Counted from the whole stretch's first letter, positions 19,557 to 32,274 are shown. The stretch: 58,862 nt of DNA, filler included, from Sphacelaria rigidula (GCA_964200075.2; 6 parts of 6 records of this genome joined end to end with filler, not necessarily neighbours in it), one strand, 5' to 3'. Translations and numbers: made by a program. The notes: generated by a model from the letters alone, not told the origin.

Positions 19557-19656
19557 NNNNNNNNNNNNNNNNNNNNNNNNNNNNNNNNNNNNNNNNNNNN
19601 TTAATTAATTAANNNNNNNNNNNNNNNNNNNNNNNNNNNNNNNNNNNNNNNNNNNN
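19557..19656. other. Artificial contig linker
   Basis: N44-TTAATTAATTAA-N44. Confidence 0.99.
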
Positions 19657-19717
<61 letters not shown>

Positions 19718-19730
19718 TGATGATGATAAT
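19657..19730. repeat. (AAT)n microsatellite at contig start
   Basis: Pure AAT run grading into GAT. Confidence 0.95.
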
Positions 19731-20375
19731 CGGCCACCACAAGATGCGACGTACAGTGGACGCAAATTAGCGGCGGTGTAGATGGATGCGTTTAGCTTGA
19801 TTTAGCCAGCATTGATGAGGATTGTGGTATTTGTCTGGTCTTGTACTTGTCGTGGAAGTGTAATGTGCAGTGTATTGCCGAAGCCCAGAAATATAACTTG
19901 GCCTTATTTGGCTCCGAAGTCGTCAACCCTTAGACAGCGAGCATCGCCTCGGAACAGCTGTACAGGCTAACAGTCCCGAGACATCCGGGGGCTGCCAGAG
20001 CTCGGGGGGGGTGGTTTTTGAGGGGGGGGGGGAGGAGGGTCTGTGCGCAGAGCATCGGAGAAGCCCACAGAGTCAACCATGCGTGTTCGCGAGTTTCCCG
20101 CGGAAAATAATGAGCCGTGCAAGGGGCTCGAGAGGCGCGCTATGACCATTCTGATCGATCACGGTCGTCAAAATGAGCACTTTTGTTACAGTTCCCCAAG
20201 ACTACTGTAAGACTACTTTGCCGTCAACCCCGAAACCCCATTCTGGTCATGATAAATCAACCACAGATTACATAAACCGAGAAGCATGTGTTCAAGCATG
20301 CTCGGCACACTGTATCTGTATCTTCAGTGACGCTTGAGCTTCGTACCAGCTGCACACCTCTATCTGATATACAAC

Positions 20376-20650
20376 GTAATGACGCGACACGCGAACCCCC
20401 ACCGCGAGTATCCAGTGCACATTGCGGTTGACGCCCACGTCGACGGAGATGCGACCGCTATTGCGAACCAGTTACTGGAGGTTTGCGTACACTTTCCACA
20501 CCATCCTCGAGAGTTCGCTCACGAGGCTGCAGCGACTGTCGGGGCGGGGCAGCGCATAAACAATGGGCCAACCCCGGGGCTGGACGCTAGTGTGAAGGGT
20601 GACGCGCTCATAGAGGCGGCCGCGGCTCATGTTGATCTATGCTGGGAGAT
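20376..20650 (+). pseudogene. Coding relic of an unrecognised protein family (VDGD...QL...REFA..AAA.V segment)
   Basis: Peptide aligns with the minus-strand peptide at 41640-41810. Further protein-like, partly stop-broken + strand segments occur at ~21100-21310, ~22280-22540 and ~22985-23110. Confidence 0.5.
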
Positions 20651-21339
20651 GTGGTGGCCAAATAGGGTTCGACGCCTGCGAAGAAATACCGCGATCAGGT
20701 GAGGACAAGCCTCTGGTATATCTGTGCATGGTGAGGTCCTGTGTAACCTGCCTATCGAGGTGTCGTCGCCATCAAACTAACTCACGCTCCGAGATTAGAC
20801 CCGTTTTGGCACATGGTGCAGTAAGTAATATGTAGCACTCTACAGTTGCGTGACGGCGGTCTTATTGGGAGGTACCGCACGTGCTTTGTGCAAGCGGGCG
20901 CTATCACGTCAGACCGACCGCGTGTGCAGCACATGATACTCACATGTGGATATAGTGTAGTATATAACAAGAAATATATACAGCAGGGAGTAGGGTTAGT
21001 TTTTTCTTCATACTGTCTGTAAATATACTGTACTGTCTATACAGTGTAAATATACTGTACTGTACTGTACAGAGCCCGCTACCGCTTGAAGCCTCCCAGG
21101 TAGGGAGGTGTGCCATGCGGCCTACTTCATAGGTACTCGCGAGTGTGCGATGTGCGACGTCGACGACCTGCTGCTCTTCAAAATTAGCACGCAACACACT
21201 ACACACACGTGCGGTGCCTACAGTCACGCTGTAGTCACGGGCAGCTATCGGTGCTCCGGTTTTAGCATATGTCATGACACTACAGACTGCACAGGCACCC
21301 TAGGTTATCGGTAGATACCAGTACCCGGTACGGGTTTTT

Positions 21340-21890
21340 AGAACATCTCATACCCTACCGATACGGCTCGAATCGTATATTTACAAATACCATGCCTACA
21401 ACACCCACGATACCACGGCAATTCGAGGTTTCAAGACCTACCGTACCCGCTCGACCGGGTTTTTCGAATGGCATACGTACGATACTCAAGATACCACGGT
21501 ATTTCGAGGTTTCAATACCTATCGTACCCGCCCAATCGGGTATTTTCGAAAATCGCACGAACAATACCTACGATACCACTGAATTTCGATATTTCATCAC
21601 CCACTGTACCCCGCTCAATCGGGTATTTTCAAATGCCGTACGTACGATACCTGTAATTCTACAGCATTGCGACAATTCAACATCTACCGTACCCGCTCAA
21701 TCAGGTATTTTCAAAACTCACACCTACGATACCTACGATACCAACGATACCACGGTATTTCGAAATTTCAAAACCTACCGCACCCGCTCAATCGGATATT
21801 TTCAAAACTCATACCTACGATACCCACGCAAACCACGGTATGGGATACCCCGGGAAATACCGGGGATATACCCGGTAAATACCGGACGCG
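21340..21890. repeat. Degenerate tandem repeat, ~82-bp unit, ~6 copies
   Basis: A TACCCGCTCAATCGGGTATTTTC-like core recurs at ~21362, 21444, 21525, 21607, 21690 and 21781. A single related unit lies at ~23150-23245. Confidence 0.9.
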
Positions 21891-24177
21891 ACACGATCCC
21901 CACGGTGCAAGGCCAGAAGTTGTCAGAGCAGGTGCGTCTTGTTTTCACAAGTAATCTATACCCTGATTCCCCCTGATTTTTGTGTTTGGATCAATTCGAA
22001 TGAACTCATTATTTTGTGGTCTGGTTATCTGGGTAAATGGATATGAATATTTGATCGTCGTTACGGTGCTGTACATTGCTTCATCATTCATGTCGAAGAT
22101 CAGCATCATCCACGACAATATTGCACGTGCACACAAGCAGAAAGAAAGAAACGAGAAAGAGAGAAATCAACACAAAAAACGTAAGGGGTCGCAGCAGGCA
22201 TGCAAACTAGACAACAAGATGCCAAAATACCAAATAAAAACCCGCACATATGTGAGGAAGGCGTATCGCTAGAGTGGTCAGAGACCTACGGGGAGACTGC
22301 CGTCCTGATGCCGAAGGAACTCCGAGGCTGGCGATGATTTCCTGTTGTATATGTAGGCAAGAAGTGGGGTCAGACTAGGAGAGTGGTCGCCGTGGGCGAC
22401 CAGATTCTCGGGGGATGTTGGACCGTCCTAATATTGGGCTCTTCCTCGCATCACCCCGAGTTGTCTAGTTACGTCGTCATTACAGGGTCCTCGGTGATCT
22501 GGTCCTTCCGGAACGTCCCTACCTTGTTCCTGCTTGCGCTGGGTCTGCATACATGTGTGGCATCAGTCTCTGATATGTCACTGCAAAGAGGTATCCTCCA
22601 CACATACATATATACACAAATATATACCGTTGTTACCGCGCCATTGCCGGGTACTCTACATGAAATAGTACGACCACATAGAGAGGCAAACCCTGGTCTT
22701 GCGTACCACTGCACCTTCTCTTACGTACTACTGCAATTCCTCAGTGCCACAAATAACAGCGCTACCCCCTCGAACTGAAAATCTGACCATTGAATTTCAA
22801 ATTTACACTTACTACTGCTCCATCCTAAGAGTGCTTTCGTCTCTGCACCCACGTCAATAACCACGAAAATCACTACGCAGTACTCATGATCGATCCATGG
22901 ATTGGGTGTCTCGCCCTGTCAGCTGATTGCAACAATCCAGCTGGTGGTCATTATGGGATTCTATGTGCTTTGAGGTCTGCAAGTCAGCGTTGTGCGTTGG
23001 GGGTGGCGTTGCTCACCTTGGGCACATCAATCATTTGACTTCCGAACTTGCACAGGGGTCTCAAACGCTTCTCCGCACTGCCAGGTGACAGCTTTGAAAT
23101 CGGCATGGAGGGTAAGGCAGGTACCCCGTACTGGTCTTTCGGACATCTCATACTCCACCGATACCGACCCAATCGGGTATTTTCAAGTGTCATACCTACG
23201 ATACCCACGATACCCCGGTAGTTCAAGATACCAGTACCTACCGTACCTGTTCCTTTCGTACCTGTTCCGTTCGCGGTCAGTGAACACCGCTGAGCGACCG
23301 GTGTTCACCTTTTCTGTTTCACCGAATAGGTGTTCGTCTCAACTGGGGAACGGGCCTCATGTATGGAGAGGTACAGGGGGACCATTCGGGTTTGGTTCAG
23401 CGATTCCTGCCCGTCGCGGGTCGGCGCCAAAACAAGCAAAGGCGGGTGGTGTGTACCAGCAGTGAAACATCATATTTTGACGTCAATACCCTCCCAAAGA
23501 TGACATATTTTCATATATATTTATATCGCTCGAAAAAATGCGGTGGAAAAGACGATTACCATCGCATTTGCCCACCGCATTCTGCTCCTAGTTGGCATCA
23601 ACGATTGTTTTATCATTACGGCGTGCCTTCGCATATCATTTTTCTATGGAAAATGTACGGTGGGAAAGGAAGACTCCGATTTGATAGGCCGTAATTTCAG
23701 CTATTTCATATTAAATTATTTTTTCTGCACATTTGTAAGATCTCTCGAACCCGTGGTCACAGACGTAGGCTCGTCCTTCCAATACCGTCCCTGCTATTCA
23801 GCTATCGTAATTTATGTAGAAACTGGTTCAAACTACGACTTATTTCATCGGAGTTTCTGTTTTCTACCGCACGTTTTCGATCGAAAAATGATGTACTAAG
23901 GCACGACCTTAGTGGCGAGCGGAGAAGAAGTGAAAAATAATCAAGCTCACCTTTTCCTCACATACATACGGGCGAAAAGCACAATGAAGCGCTCGGCCCC
24001 TAACATACAGACCACCGCGCCACATACCATCCGTTCAAATGATCATGCGAACTAGTACACACCATTCATCGTTAGCTACGGTCGCAACCCTGCAGTATAA
24101 AGCAGGAGTTGAGCACAAGGATGGGTGCACTGCAGTAGTTGCGTGTGCTGTGTATACATTTTGTCGGCAAAACCTTG

Positions 24178-24760
24178 CTCACGTCGGACGAGTCATTTCT
24201 CGTCGAAACGAGTACACTCGTTGATGTTTCTCGAAAAAACCACGAGCATGACTCGTGTGCTCAAGTTATTTATTTGTCTTCACCAAGACCGATGACTCGT
24301 GTGCTGGAGTCATGATTTTTTCAATCACAAATAATTACTCGAGCGCTAGACCTATGAATTTTCTTCGCCACGAGGAATGACTCGAGTACTCGCCCTATTA
24401 ATTTTTGCCACTACGAGCAATGACTCGAGTACTTGCTCTGTAGTTTTTCAACACGCCGGGCGAGCACGAGTACGACTCGTGGCACTCGCACTCGTTGGGC
24501 TGCTCGTTGGCGGTAAAAATTAATAGGGCGATTACTCGAGTCATTGCTCGTTGTGGAAAAAAATAATAGGGCGAGCACTCGAGTCATTGCTCATGATGAA
24601 CGACTTGAGTGGAGTAGTCAGCAATTCGACGATGAGTACTCGAGCCGTTGCTCGTCGTAGAAGAAAATCATGACTGGAGCACACGAGGCATGCTCGTTGT
24701 GTTTAAAAAAACATCCACGAGTGCACTCGTTTCGCCGGGTAATGAAAAGTCTGACGAGTG
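24178..24760. mobile_element. Foldback element built of ACGAGCAATGACTCGAG-like subrepeats
   Basis: Left arm (GAAACGAGTACACTCGTTGATGTTT...) is mirrored by the right arm (...AAACATCCACGAGTGCACTCGTTTC). The terminal motif CACGTCGGACGAG is also inverted at ~25314-25327. Confidence 0.7.
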
Positions 24761-24994
24761 ATTTTTCTCCAACCACGAGCAATGACTCGAGTTGATTGAT
24801 TGATGATCGATTATCTCACATTAGCTGATTGCAACAATCCAGCCCGTGGTCAGGAGCATCAAACATAAAACAGAATAATAAATAAAAAAAATACAAAAAA
24901 AGAGAGAAAGGAACAGAAAAACGACAGAAGCAACGGCCTCAGAAAGGAAAGAAAGGGGGCAGCGATAACAACAAAAAACACCAACACCAACACC

Positions 24995-25026
<32 letters not shown>

Positions 25027-28000
25027 ACAACAAACAACAGCAGTAACAACAAAATAACGACAAACACAAGAACAAACACAAGCACGAACAAAGACAAAAA
25101 AAAGATGATGATCGCACATTACGTAGCTGATTGCAACACTCCAGCTCGTAATCAGAAACAGAAAGGAGAAACATGAAAAAAATGAAAGAAAAATGGGAGA
25201 AACATGGAAGAAAGGAAAAATAAAAATAAAATAATAGAACATGAGTTCTCACCCTCTTACTTTTTTTTCACCACGAGCAGCCCAAAGAGTGCGAGACACG
25301 GTTCATACTCGTGCTCGTCCGACGTGTGAAAAGTTGACCATCTTTTCCCGTCGTCGGGACCGGGGTTAGAACGGCGTGGTAAGGTGGCCAGCCCCCTCGC
25401 GGACGCGGTAACGGGCACAATGCTTGTACAAAGCTTCGCGTTGTCCGAGCCTTTTTTACGTCGCATTGTGGGCAGAGAGAACAGATGGTGCTACCGCCGA
25501 AGTTCTGCATGTTGCTCCTCTTTCACATCCTGCTGCACGAAACACGCAGACACGAGCTTCACATACACTGCATTCAAACAGTGCAGGCAGTACGGACTGT
25601 CTGTATTGCTCACAAACTACCATCTACCACTTCACGACTTTTACTGTCCCTTTCCCATAGAAAGCTTGAAAATTCGCTTCGACCCACCTCGAGAAAAAAT
25701 GAGCGACTTTCGCTAAAATTTATTACCATTTCTCCTTTTTTTCGAGGGAAGAATGCGGCAAGACATTCACTCAGCACGTTATGCCGTCGCGGCGCGCGAA
25801 CTGCCAGAGGCGCCTCCGTCAAAGCGTGTTCTCGATGTCGAGACGGCCACCAAATGCGTCGACCCTATGCTCGAACGCGGTGCGGAAATTACGAAATAGA
25901 ATGACTTCAACGGTTTGGTGATTGCGGCGTTTTCCACGTGTATTTTCTGTCGAAAGCCCAAGTGAGAGCTCCTAATACCCGTGTAGAGTACTGCCATCGC
26001 ATGCGAAAGTACTCGTATCTTTTACTAGAGCTGCGCGATCGGACCATGTTTTTGTCGGAACAACTGATATCGGAATGAAGTTGGGAGCTCACATGCACAA
26101 AGTAAAGAAGACAAACCTTGGGGATGGAATTCACATTTCGTGCGTCCCACTGGTGACAAAAGTCCCATGACACCAGCAGGGCGCGGCAGCAGTATTGTGC
26201 TACGATACAAGTAGTTTTCTGTCGAGCTGCAGGTTCGCATTCGCATATTATTTCGTCTTCGCCGTTTCTGTGGTATGGTATGAACACTACGTCTTGCCTC
26301 CGTACTTCAGCGCCCATCTCCCACACCAAATTCTGTTCATGCTTACCATTCCGGCGACATCATGTCGTGGTCGACGCACGTTGTGCGAGCGCCGCTGTCA
26401 TGCACACTGTATCCGCGCCACACCTTCGGCAATGCACACGATACTCGCGCTGTTTTTTTTTTTTCCGTCGTCAATATTTCATTGCGCTTACCGTGTCCGT
26501 GCCGCGCCCGTCATCTCTAACCCTTGACTTCTTGTGCAGGCGACCTTCAGGCTAAGGAAATCGCTCGGAGCACATGGACGGAGGGCGCAGATGCCTCGGC
26601 GGGACTGTTTCACTGCGGCATGCCCCGTTCTGTGGGTCGGGGATGGAAAGATGCCGTCGGCGGTACGCGAGGCTTTTGCCTGGCTGTGGGATAGGGGGTC
26701 GTGTGGATTTGCCAGGCGTCTACGGAAAGCCTCCACGCTGTTCTTGTGAAGGGTGTAACAACTCGATGTAAATGGACTGAGGGGGGCGGGAAGTTAAACC
26801 TCACTTTGGATCCACTATAGTCGGCCCCGCCGGAAGTTGGACTGACGGTTCCTACCCGTCTGTCGCGACGAATCATACATCCTTGTGTGGTCGTGCTGAA
26901 TTCGTTGTCCCCACATGTCGGCGCCGACGCGTCGTGGTGTTGGGGGCGACAGCGAACCGTGAGGACGGCTGCTGTCGGGGTTTGCGGATGTGTTGTGCTC
27001 CATGCCGGAGTATGGATTCGTGTGATAAATTCGGCGCACATCGCACAAAAGGTATCCCTGTTTGGCCCCGTGAGTCACGGACTTGTGCCGTGGGTTCTGG
27101 GTATGAGGCGCCTCGTATTGCGTGGTTCTGTTGTCCTCAGTGGCGCGGTGATCGGCGGGCTGATTTTTTCTTTCCTTTTTCTCGGCTTTTTTCGTATTTT
27201 GTAGCCTTACTGCGTGTTTGTTCCTTGTTGTCGATGTCTGTGGTTGTCAGTGTAGTATCTCGGTCTTTTGGGGGCTGGGGGTGTGTGCTTCATACCTGTG
27301 GTGATGAGGTCTACTCATGTGCTTCGCCTGTGATCGTTTGGGTTCTCGGTGTTGAGTTTTGTTTCAATTTTTGTCATGAACTTGGGTCTCGGTGCACGAT
27401 GATACGCGCCGAAGCGACGGCGAGAGACCGTTTGTTTCACGACGACGTTTTTGCGTTGCCTCTGCTTGATCCTCGGAGGGCCTGCGCGAATATTTTAGTA
27501 GCAATCGTTCCACGGTCCGGCCGTCTTCATTTGTGCACTTTTGGCATCCGACTGTTCCCGTACCGTGCTTTGCTGCGGCACGCACGCAGGGTCACGGTCT
27601 CTCCACCCGGCGGTTACTCCGCCGATGTGCGAGTGGTCCTGGCGCGTGTTCAGATGTTTTCTTAGATCGGCTCCTGTGACCTCAAAAATGACGGGAGTTC
27701 CAGTGGTTGGCGAGCGTCCGTCTCGCCTTCGCAGTTCTCATGAAAAATGCCCCGCCCCTCCTGGACGGCTAAGGCAAGCAAAAAATTAGGACGCCCCCCT
27801 CCCCCCGGCGAGGGAGTCCCTCGCCGTAAGTGGGAGAATTGCTTTAATCCTACATCATGATTTTCCCGCTGTGGATAAGGTCTCTAATCCAACGAAAAAC
27901 GATGGTGATGGGGTCAGCCATCTTGCCCGCAGAAATTATTGCATATTTGCACCGAATGAAACGTTCATGGCGAAAAGCAGATACGAGCAAATTAGCGTCG

Positions 28001-28302
28001 CGGAGAACACCCCGTTCTATTCCAGTAGTATCGGTAACATGGAACAGGAGGTATGATGATTTGCGGGAGCAGGTATCGTTGAGGATGGGTCGTGGCAATC
28101 TGCATAACACTAACAATCGCAGTAATTACAAACTAAGTGCTAATGCAAGCTCCGGTCGCGATAGGGCGATATTTTGATCTTGAAAGTGAAAGCACCATCC
28201 GCTATTGCTAAACTCCCCCTCTACTCGGAGGTGATGGACGTCGGGGTGGAGAATTCCTGTTGGGAAATGAACGGATTTTGAAACGACTCGGAATTAGAAG
28301 AG

Positions 28303-28381
28303 GTATCTCAAACTCGAGGTTCCTGGTATATTTCGCCGTAATTTACAGTCAAATATACCGGGAACCTCGAGTTTGAGATAC
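28303..28381. other. Near-perfect 31-bp stem hairpin
   Basis: GTATCTCAAACTCGAGGTTCCTGGTATATTT, 17-nt loop, AAATATACCGGGAACCTCGAGTTTGAGATAC. One T:G pair. Confidence 0.9.
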
Positions 28382-29103
28382 TGGACCTCTGGAACGTGGG
28401 TTTACATATTCCTGGGCGCTCTCTTCAAATAGTTGACGCCACGCACGACGGTCGGCGAACTAATTTCCAGTTGTTCTGAAGATCCCGGCGCCTGCGGGAG
28501 AGGGTAGAACAATGTACTGCCCGCGATTCAAAGGCGGCGGATCGTGTTGCCCTGTGAGAGTTCTCAGTAACAAAAGCCCAAGTGAAGCTTTGCTGCAAGC
28601 GTGTTCGCAGCGGTAGCCATGGTGCAAAACCACACACGCACACGCTGCGTACTCTCAACACGTGCAAAACTGTAAGATTTAGTACACTGTCGAAGGTACG
28701 TGGAGCTGCGGCACAAAACACTACAGACTGCTGCTGCTGTGCACAATTTTGCAGCGTAATGTAATAATATTAGTAATTCAGATTCCACACCACTACTGCA
28801 CCGCCTGCAGGCGCCTGTGTTATGACTCTTACAACTATGTGCCTCGTATGCACCCCCGGGCCCTTCTGCCGTAGAGTAGGCATTTTGGTTTGTGACAAAA
28901 GAATGATTTTGAACCTCAAAAGTGGATAGTCTAACTCAGTCTTCCAGCGGGGGGTCGCGGTCTAAGGGTTAAGTCAATGACTCTTTTGGATCCCACTGAC
29001 GACTCTCGTTTTTTTTTAATCGGCATCATTTTGACAAGAAAATGACTGAAAATGATGACGATTCCCACAATCAAAAGTAGTCAATGGGTTCCTAAAGGTT
29101 TAA

Positions 29104-29205
29104 CCCTTTGACCGCGAGGGTAGGTCATCTGCTGAATCGGCATCAATATTCCCTCAAAAAAAGTATGTGTGATATAGATGGACTACCCGCACCGCCGTCT
29201 AAGGG
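29104..29205. mobile_element. ~100-bp piggyBac-like MITE
   Basis: TTAA|CCCTTTGACCGCGAGGGTAG...CTACCCGCACCGCCGTCTAAGGG|TTGA. Related pieces at ~29725-29760 and ~30428-30460. Confidence 0.6.
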
Positions 29206-29383
29206 TTGAGGAGAAGTGGAGCAAGTAGTCTAAACATATGAAGTAAAAAAGCTCAAAGCTGACAGCATTTTGTAGGCGATCATGTATGTTCCACGGTGAA
29301 GTGTATCAATCAATAGCTTCCCCCCCCCCCCCCCTCCCTCTTCTGAAAGAGGCTATCAGAGTAAGGAGAGAGGCCCACGCGAG

Positions 29384-29483
29384 NNNNNNNNNNNNNNNNN
29401 NNNNNNNNNNNNNNNNNNNNNNNNNNNTTAATTAATTAANNNNNNNNNNNNNNNNNNNNNNNNNNNNNNNNNNNNNNNNNNNN
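29384..29483. other. Artificial contig linker
   Basis: N44-TTAATTAATTAA-N44. Confidence 0.99.
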
Positions 29484-32014
29484 GCTCAGCGCAATCTCCA
29501 GATGGGAGCCAGCGGTCGGATACGTGAGGAGTCACACTGTTTTTGAACGGGTGATTCATGAGGTTTTCCCTACCCACCCCCCACAAGCTGGGTTGGGGGC
29601 GGGAGTGCATCATGTGACAAAATTCGAAAGCAACTGCACCAAGATGCGTTTCGTGTAGCGAGAAAAGAACCGCTCTACACCCCACGTGTGGCATAGCCCA
29701 ATTCAATCCCCCCGTGGGGGGGTTGGTGTCTAAGGGTAAATAGCGAGGGTAGGTCATTTGGGTCACGGGGTAATTTTTTAAGTTAAATTGATTCTGATTC
29801 AAGATCCTTTGGGCACAGGGCCCAGAGATCTGGGCAAAAATTATGAGTTGACAACATTTTTCGACCCATCAGAGCCTCTCAGAACATGAAAATGTGGGAA
29901 GCGTCCACCAATCAGATGAGAGTTATGAGGTGCACATGAGTTGCAAAATGGTCTTGATTTGCCCACACGTTGCGCCGCTGCGCGAGCTACAACGATCAAT
30001 CGCTGAGGATACAGCAGTCCATCCTGACTTAGTTTGTTTGCCCCAACCTGCGAGGCACCCGCCTTGTATGACTCCCACAATCACAGCACTCGACTAAAAC
30101 TGAAGTGCTGCAGAGGACAACCGAACGGCCGCACAGCCATCACGTGATTTTTTTCAACTACATACAGCACTTTGTTCCCACCCCAATTCTGTCCAGACCG
30201 CAACACAACAGCAGCTCAGGCACTCTCCAGCACGTATCAGACCGTGTCGATAGGTTTCAAACGGACCATTGTGCAGCGGCAGCTACAGCATAGAAATGAC
30301 CGGGGTAGGCAGCGTCTTGTTTGTTTTGCGGAAGACGCAACAGACAATCCTTGTCTGCCTCGGCGATATGTCGTTTGAAATTCGAACTTTTTACCCCTGT
30401 CTGGTGGAGGTGAGCCATCCTCGTGACCGCCAGGGTAGGTGATCAGTTGAATCGGCATCACATTCACTTGAATAATTAGCCCGCAATCAAGATGACTTAC
30501 CATCGTTTGGCAATCAAAGGGGTAGCCTCTTCGGTGCCGGAGGCGTCCATTTGTGGGATTGACACCAGCTTTCACTTTTCTTTGAAGGGAAAATAATGCT
30601 GGATCCATAATTGGGCCCGTCAGGCACGAAAGTGTTGAATTCTCACTTCTTTTTCGAATGAAATAATGCTGGTTCCATAATTGGGCACCTCAGGCACGAA
30701 AGGGGTTAGATGATGTAAGCTGGGAAAGTACCGCAGAACGGTCTTCTTCGAACATAACTTCGCACAGCGACATGTGCACTCGTTTGCTTCACTACTCGTA
30801 GAATAGGTCAACTCAACAAGAAGTCCTGCATCGGACTTGCTTGACGACGTCTCGAGATAAACGAAGCGGTCATACACTGCACGGTAAGGGCAGACGGTCG
30901 GGTGCTCGGGCCTTCGCAGAGCCATGACATGTGGGCTTCAGCGCATCGCACGCGATTACTTCTGTACGGTACTGTACTACACTATGTATACAACGGTGGT
31001 ACATGCACAACAACACTATCAGTAGTGGCGGAGCAACTGCGAAAAAGACCGCGCCTAGATTGTACTGTCTCTACTGCGTACTATTCGACGACAACTGTAT
31101 TCCTTATGTTCAACACACAGAGGTCCTCGCAGTGCGAGTGTACCCGAATAAAGGTCAACGCGGAACAAAATAGGCACAGCTACTACACATCGTCAACTGG
31201 GAAATCCTATCCTTGAATAGGAATACAAGCCACTCCAGTCCCACACATGGCACATGCTAGTAGCAAACCGCTGCAGAATCCTCGTTGCGATCGGGTTTGC
31301 TCACCTGGCAAATACTGAAATTAGTGCTGTAAAGGAGGACGTCGACAACAAAGGAGTGCAAAGTCCTGTAGATGTCGTACCTTGTAGAACATCACTCAAG
31401 AGTGCCAACAGGAGACCCGCTTCACGTGTTGGACACGAGATGATATAGCTTTCAAAGATACTCAGCGACTCACCTGCCATGATCGAGAGTCTGCTGATTA
31501 CCCCTTATCCCTAAAGCAGGGTTGTTGGCACTGCTAGCTGTGGTGAGCAGGGTGCACTGCACTGTTGTATTGTTGACCGTCATGTCTGCGCAGTACTTTT
31601 ATTTTATTTTTTATCATGAGGAAACCCCTGAAATGCATTTGCTATAGAATAGTAGGGTATTCGCACGTGGGTATACCCCCAGAGAGGCATGCATCTCTTT
31701 CCTTTTCCTTACTGACCGTTGTATTGAGTGTATCGAGGCGTAGGCAGGCTCCTGGATGAAACAGTAGACATTTTGGCATGGTTTGGTGCTAGGGTGATGC
31801 TGGTTGCATTTGGATCAACATTGGTAAACTCTACTCGAGGGCATTACGCGAGTATTAGCGCGACCCTTACGAAGGGGTTTTGCGCTACTTCTCGCGAGAG
31901 TGTTCGATCTAAGTCCGCCACCAAATCCAACAACTACACCTTGTGTAGCTTGCTCGCCCTTGGGATTGTGAAATAACGTATTTTACTGAATTGGTCTCCG
32001 GCTAGGAAAACACC

Positions 32015-32274
32015 ATGGCTTCTGCCGATGTTGTCGTACCCTCGGGGGGTGCCACCGACATTGTTGTGGAGAAATCTGTCATGTCTGCCGCTGGAGCAAG
32101 GACGGGACAGCCCTCGCCGCCGCCGGTGGTGATGTCCAGCACCAGCACCGCGACCAAAGAAGAACCTGTTGTTGTTATGGAGGGAGCGAAGCCCGCAGCC
32201 GGCATCAGCACGAACGGGCACGATTTGACAGTCTCGAGTCCGGAGAAGGGAGCCATGTCCGAGGAACTCAAAGA
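32015..32274 (+). CDS. Probable first coding exon of an unknown protein (disordered N-terminus)
   Basis: ACCATGG start context, GC-rich codon-like sequence (MASADVVVPSGG...MSEELK) and a consensus donor GA|GTAAGT. No downstream exon was identified in the contig. Confidence 0.55.

Larger units (their letters stand above)
19927..28968. mobile_element. Candidate ~9-kb decayed piggyBac-type TIR element with nested insertions
   Basis: Left end TCAA|CCCTTAGACAGCGAG and right end GTCGCGGTCTAAGGG|TTAA (13/15 inverted match, weak similarity to ~45 bp). A decayed Cys/His peptide lies near 25760-25945. Confidence 0.4.

Noticed and set aside
20405..20640. Minus-strand exon INMSRGRLYERV...LQ*LVRN with possible stop readthrough
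   Set aside because: It is the antisense shadow of the + frame, which is the one conserved with contig 5.
21392..21976. 194-aa repetitive ORF, or a CRISPR-like array
   Set aside because: The frame stays open because of the ~81-82-bp tandem unit. Units are homologous along their full length, with no unique spacers and no cas genes.
24821..25252. Hydrophobic minus-strand ORFs
   Set aside because: They arise from A-rich and (CAA)n low-complexity sequence.
29840..31485. Minus-strand gene suggested by several GTGAG donors
   Set aside because: The implied introns are implausibly short, the frames are broken, and no domain is recognisable.
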